Assembly: GCF_004010195.1 (NCBI RefSeq) | Contig: NC_057718.1 | Coordinates: 76,119,843-76,141,591, forward strand | Origin: Chiloscyllium plagiosum | Taxonomy: Eukaryota | Direction of reading: 5' to 3' | DNA: 21,749 nt | Shown here: positions 17,089-21,749 of the stretch, piece after piece | Layout of the letters: every line of letters starts with the position of its first letter | How positions within the stretch are numbered: the stretch's first letter is position 1 | The notes under the pieces: generated by a model | What the model was told of the DNA's origin: nothing | Databases searched by the model: none | Seen by the model: the letters and a program-made list of their open reading frames with translations, nothing else | Program-made: the position numbers and the translations under genes

Positions 17089-20000
17089 GTGGCTAGCCAT
17101 TCGTTTAAATGGTGCACCTGGAATGTTAAAGGGAATCATGCACCAATTAAAAGAAAAAGTTATTGTCAAGTCTTAGAAAAGAGAAGGCCAATGTAGCTTC
17201 ATTACAGTAAACACACTTAACTGATAAGGAGCATTTGAAGTTGCAACAGGGAGGATTTGGCCAGGTGTTTTTCTCATCTTTTAATTCGAAAAGTAGAGGA
17301 ATGGCCATTCTCATCCGGAAGAATGTCCCATTTCAAATGCTAGGCCAAATAAAGGATGAGTCTGGACAGTTCATAATACTTAAAGCTTTAATACATGGAG
17401 AGGAGTAGGATTCTGAATGTATACTGTCCTCCGGCACATCCCTTTAAATTCATAACGATGCGCTCTCCAGATTGATAGCCCTTGGGGCTTGTCATATAAT
17501 TATAGGGGGAGATTTCAACTGCATTATTGACCCCAAGGTGGACAGGATGCCTAGGGGTCCTGTGGGTATGTCTCCGCAATCGAGGCAACTGGTGGACTTG
17601 AGCAGGGAGTTGGGATTGATGGATGTATGGAGATGTCCTCACCCCGAAGGTAGAGATTTTACCTTTTATTCTAACCCACTTAAGTGCCATACCAGAATTG
17701 ACATGTCTTTTTTGGCCTATCGACCTTTTTGAACTCGGTATTATCCTGCAAAATAGGGAATATAGCTGTTTCTGACCACACGGCAGTGTATCTGGAGGTT
17801 AAGGTCAGAGGTGGTGAGGTGGATTCCAGGCACTGGTGTATGGACCCTTCCCTCCTGAAAGGTAGTAAGTTTATGGAATACTTTTTGCAGAAGTTCAAAC
17901 GTTTTGGGGATATCAACTTGGGTACGGCCAGCAACCCATTGGTGATGCGGGAGACTGCCAAGGCCTATGCGCGCCATTTGATTATCTCTTACTCTGCGAC
18001 CTGGAAACGACAGAGGAGAGAACAGCAACGTCTGCTCGAGGCTTGCCTGAAGGCAGCTGAATTAGCATGTTTTGATAGGCCGTCCATAACTAAATTACAG
18101 TGGATTACAATCCTCAGGGCTACTTTGAATACTGCACTTATCCAAACAGCAAAGAGGGAGACAGAGACTATTTGAGTACATAAGCCAGGCACGTATTTAG
18201 CGTACTTGGCCAGAAAGAAGAATGCTGCCAATCTATTACATCTATTACAGAGAGTGTTGGTACTTTGACTTGCAATGTCAAAAAGATCAATGCAGCATCT
18301 AGAAAGTTCTATTTTGAGCTGTATCAGTCGGAGGGCTATGAGGATAGAATGAGGAAGATGGAGTCCTTTTTTAAGAATTTGGACCTTTCATGTGTAACCT
18401 CAGAGCAGGTGTCCTTTTTGAGTGCCCCCTTGAAATTCAGGAAGTGCAGGAGGCGATGAGGCTGCTCCAGAGTGGTAAAGCGCCCAGGCCAGATGGATTT
18501 CAAAGTGAGTTGTAGAAGGAGTTTATAGATAAACTGGCCGGGCCACCCTTGGATATGTACAATTATTCATTCAGCCAGGGTAGCCTCCCATTCTCTTTGA
18601 GAGAAGTAAATATTTGTCTCATCCTTAAGAAAGGGAAAGCCCCAGAAGATTGTACTTCGTACAGGCCTATATCGTTTTTGAATGTGTATTTCAAAATCTT
18701 GTCAAAAATGCTGCCCTTGAGGCTGGAGACGGTATTGCCGTTTATTGTAAAGGAGGACCAGATGGGGTTTATTGAGGGTCTACCAATAATATTAGAAGAG
18801 TATTAAATATGGTTCAAGTATGCCAAAAAAACAATACCGGGCTTGGTCGTTTCCCTAGACGCAGAGAAAGCATTTGATCGAGTGGAATGGCCATACCTTT
18901 TTTATGTCATGGAACGTTTTGGTCTTGGAGAGGTCTTTACCAAATGGGTGGCAGTGTTGTATAGTGATCTGAAAGCAGTGGTGCTCATTAATGGTATAAG
19001 ATCAGATAGTTTTGGTGTTGGCAGAGGCTGCCGACAAGGGTGCCTTCGTTCACCAATATTATTTACACTGCTGATCGAGCTGCTGGTGGAAGCTATTCGA
19101 ACGGATCCCAATAAAACGGCCCTAGAGGGAGGATCAGGCAGGCATAAAATTACACTTTATGCGGATGATGTCCTTCTCTTTTTAACTGGTCCAATGACAT
19201 CTGTGCCCCGCTTAATACAAATGGTTAATTTATTTGGTGTGTTTTCAGGGTACAAAATTAATTTCATGAAATCAGAGGCCATGCTTGTCTTGCTAGTATA
19301 TCCAACTTTGGGGATGGAACCTGATTCCCCTTTCGGTGGTAACAGGGAGGTTTTTTTGTACTTAGGCATATTTATTACCCGGTTTTTGATCAATTATGCA
19401 AAGCCAGTTACGTGCAGTTGTTAGAGAAATTTAGGCAGGACCTTTGTCGCTGGGAGGATCTTACAATATCTTGGTTGGGCAGAATAGCGCTGGTTAAGAT
19501 GAATGTTCTTCCTCGCCTATTATAATCCCATGAGAATGCTCCCTTTGATGTTGCCAAGACAAGCACTGCACAGGCTTTACAGTTGGCTCGGATCTTTTAT
19601 TTGGTATCATAGGCGACCTCTTAGTAAGCTGGATAAATTGCAGCTTTTGCAAGAAAGGAGGGGTGTAGATTTTCCAGACTTTAGGAAGTACCAACTCAGT
19701 TCCTTGTTATCCTTTATGATTGGGTCCTCTCATGATCCATGATCAATCTGGTTGGATATTGAGGCCTCTCAGGCAAAATGCCCCCTTACTAATCTGTTGT
19801 TTATGGACAAGATGAGAACTGTTACGAATCACTGTAAAAGTCCAATTTTTCTTACCACAGTCAAAGCTTGGAGGATGATGCAATGGGGCGAGGGTAATTT
19901 ACAAATAAACCTCCCCTTTCACTTCTAGAATGGGAATGTTAGGATTTCAGCCAGGTTTGATGGACTCTAGTTTTAAGCTTTGGAAGTCCAGAGGAATCTC

Positions 20001-20852
20001 CTGCTTGGGAGACCTATTCGATGGGGAGGTCATGATGTCCTTCAAACAGCTAGGTCAGAAGTTTGGGCTACCTAGGAAGGATCTCTTTTGACATTTCCAA
20101 GTTAGAGACTTTGTACAAAAAAAGCCTACATTGATGGTTAATCCTTACAAATTGGACAGGGAGAGGAGAGTACCCTGGTCAGCAGGCACCCCCTTGGTTA
20201 GCATTTTCTATCAATTACGAGGTTGTAATGTGTCGAAGGACATGGAACGATTATATAAAATCTGGACTCAAGAATTAGGGGTGGAAATCTCCTCAGAGAT
20301 GTGGGAGGACATTTGGGAAAATATTAGGAAGATCTTTATTCGCAAAAGGACTCAGGCTATTCTACTGAAGGTACTCCATAGGGCCCACCTGGTACCAGAA
20401 CGGCTTGCGAAGTTTAAGACAGGAGCATCCTCAGTATGCCCCAAGTGTAAAGCAGAGGTTGATTCTCTTATTGTTTATGGACACGCCACAAGATCCGCAG
20501 GTATTGGGATGACCTAGCGAGTGCTTTAGCAAAGGTTTTGGGAACTGAGATTGGGTTGCATCCTGTGCCCGTCCTTTTGGGTTTTCCAAACCTTCTCTCC
20601 CTGGATGTACATGGGAAGAAACTGTGTACTATTCTTTCTTTCTGCACAAGGAAGAAAATTTTAATGAGCTGGGTATCAGAAAATCCCCCAGGACTCTCGA
20701 GCTGGCATAGGATAGTTATGGAACACATCCCCCTGGACCTCCTTATGAGTATGGTGCACCAGAAAACGGAATTGTTCTATAGGACATGGCTGCCCTTTTT
20801 GAATTATATTGATATAGATGCATCGGCTATATTATCCAGGGCCTTTGTCTAG
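17089..20852 (+). pseudogene. ORF2: L1 ORF2p (APE endonuclease-reverse transcriptase), many frameshifts and stops
   Basis: TWNVKG, IIGGDFNC, SDH, GKAP, SYRPISFLN, SLDAEKAFDRVEW, GCRQGCLRSP, LYADD (YADD at 19158-19169) and CPKC near 20437. The stop is at 20850-20852. Confidence 0.95.
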
Positions 20853-20982
20853 CCGTGAGGACTGTGCCTGTCAGTTTGGGGACCCGTGGGATGAAGAATC
20901 CCGTATAAATATGGATCTATTCACTATTGCTCCCAGTGTTGGGGAGCTGTGATGAGAGTGCGCTGAGTGTAGGAATTTAATT

Positions 20983-21454
20983 GATAGGCAGTTTTGTGGG
21001 GGCGACAGAGACTCACGTTTGGTATGTTGCCTCCCAGGTGCAAGGGTACGTGATGTCTCTGATCGTGTTTTCCGGGTCCTTAAGGGGGGAGGGGGAGCAG
21101 CCCGAAGTCGTGGTCCACATTGGCACCAATGACATAAGTAGGAGGAGGGCTGAGGATGTTAGGCAGGCTTTCAGGGAGCTAGGTTGGAAGCTCAGAGTTA
21201 GAACAAACAGAGTTGTTGTCTCCGGTTTGTTACCCGTGCCACGTGATAGAGAGTCGAGGAATAGGGAGAGAAAACAGCTAAATGCGTGCCTACAGGGATG
21301 GTGCAGGAGGGAGGGATTCTGGTATTTGGATAACTGGGGTTCTTTCTGGGGAAGGTGGGACCTCTATAAGCAAGATGGTCAACACCTGAACCTGAGGGGC
21401 ACCAGTATCCTTGGCAGGACGTTTGCTAGTGCTCTTGGGGGGGGTTTAAACTAA
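20983..21454 (+). pseudogene. ORF1: CR1 ORF1 SGNH/GDSL esterase domain, N-terminally truncated, one frameshift
   Basis: DRQFCGGDRDSRLVCCLPGARVRDV, a +1 frameshift in the G run near 21085, then VVVHIGTND and DGQHLN. The GDS block is absent. Confidence 0.88.
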
Positions 21455-21525
21455 CTCTGCAGGGGCATGGGAACTGAGACTGTAGCTTTAGGGTGCAGGA
21501 CCTGGAGTGTAGGGAGGTTAGGAAC

Positions 21526-21749
21526 ATGGCATCAATCTCAAAGGAGGGGGCCTGTAAACAGGAAAGTGGCTTGAAGTGTGTATACTTCAATGCAAGAAGT
21601 ATACGAAATAAGGTAGGTGAACTTGCAGCGTGGGTTGGTACCTGGGACTTCGATGTTGTGGCTATTACGGAGACATGGCTAGAACAGGGACAGGATTGGC
21701 AGTTGCGGGTTCCAGGATTTAAATGTTTTAGTAGGGTCAGAAGTGGGGG
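21526..21749 (+). CDS. ORF2: CR1 ORF2 N-terminus (APE endonuclease), open to the window edge; start codon uncertain
   Basis: MASISKEGACKQESGLKCVYFNARSIRNKVGELAAWVGTWDFDVVAITETWLEQGQDWQLRVPGFKCFSRVRSG, with no stops. Confidence 0.8.
   Translation, partial: MASISKEGACKQESGLKCVYFNARSIRNKVGELAAWVGTWDFDVVAITETWLEQGQDWQLRVPGFKCFSRVRSG

Larger units (their letters stand above)
15050..20930 (+). mobile_element. Near-full-length inactive L1-clade LINE
   Basis: It starts GGGAGGAGGATTCAAGATGGC just after TT/AAAAA. It has an ORF1 with coiled coil-RRM-CTD, a T-rich spacer, and an ORF2 with APE, RT (YADD) and C-terminal Cys motif. The 3'UTR is cut by a CR1. Confidence 0.92.
20930..21749 (+). mobile_element. 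CR1 LINE (partial ORF1 plus start of ORF2), continuing beyond the window
   Basis: An SGNH esterase ORF1 followed by an APE N-terminus is diagnostic CR1 architecture. Confidence 0.92.

Noticed and set aside
20981..21454. Host or horizontally acquired GDSL lipase gene
   Set aside because: It lies directly upstream of a CR1 APE ORF2, and the esterase is a standard CR1 ORF1 domain.

Overview
Eukaryotic genomic DNA made almost entirely of nested, mostly decayed transposable elements. HE1-type V-SINEs and HER1/CR1-type tails point to a cartilaginous fish, probably a shark (inference). No intact host protein-coding gene is recognisable. From left to right the window holds: LINE and SINE fragments; an L2 tail split by a CR1 tail, which is itself split by a TA-flanked MITE; an old CR1 RT fragment interrupted by a young CR1 tail and Penelope-like (PLE) ends with hammerhead ribozyme motifs; a PLE spanning a 648-N gap; and a minus-strand LINE whose 5' end is a tRNA-like SINE head. 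Next come a decayed Ty3/Gypsy internal region (gag-PR-RT-RH-IN, about 8.3-14.0 kb) carrying many later insertions, a near-full-length dead L1-clade element (15.05-20.93 kb), and a younger CR1 (ORF1 esterase plus ORF2 start) running off the right edge. I see no evidence for a wholly new system. The best leads are the PLE hammerheads, the tRNA-headed LINE with its head+tail SINE, and a possible twin-primed CR1 inversion at the L1 start codon. Family names come from recalled motifs, not database searches, and boundaries are approximate.
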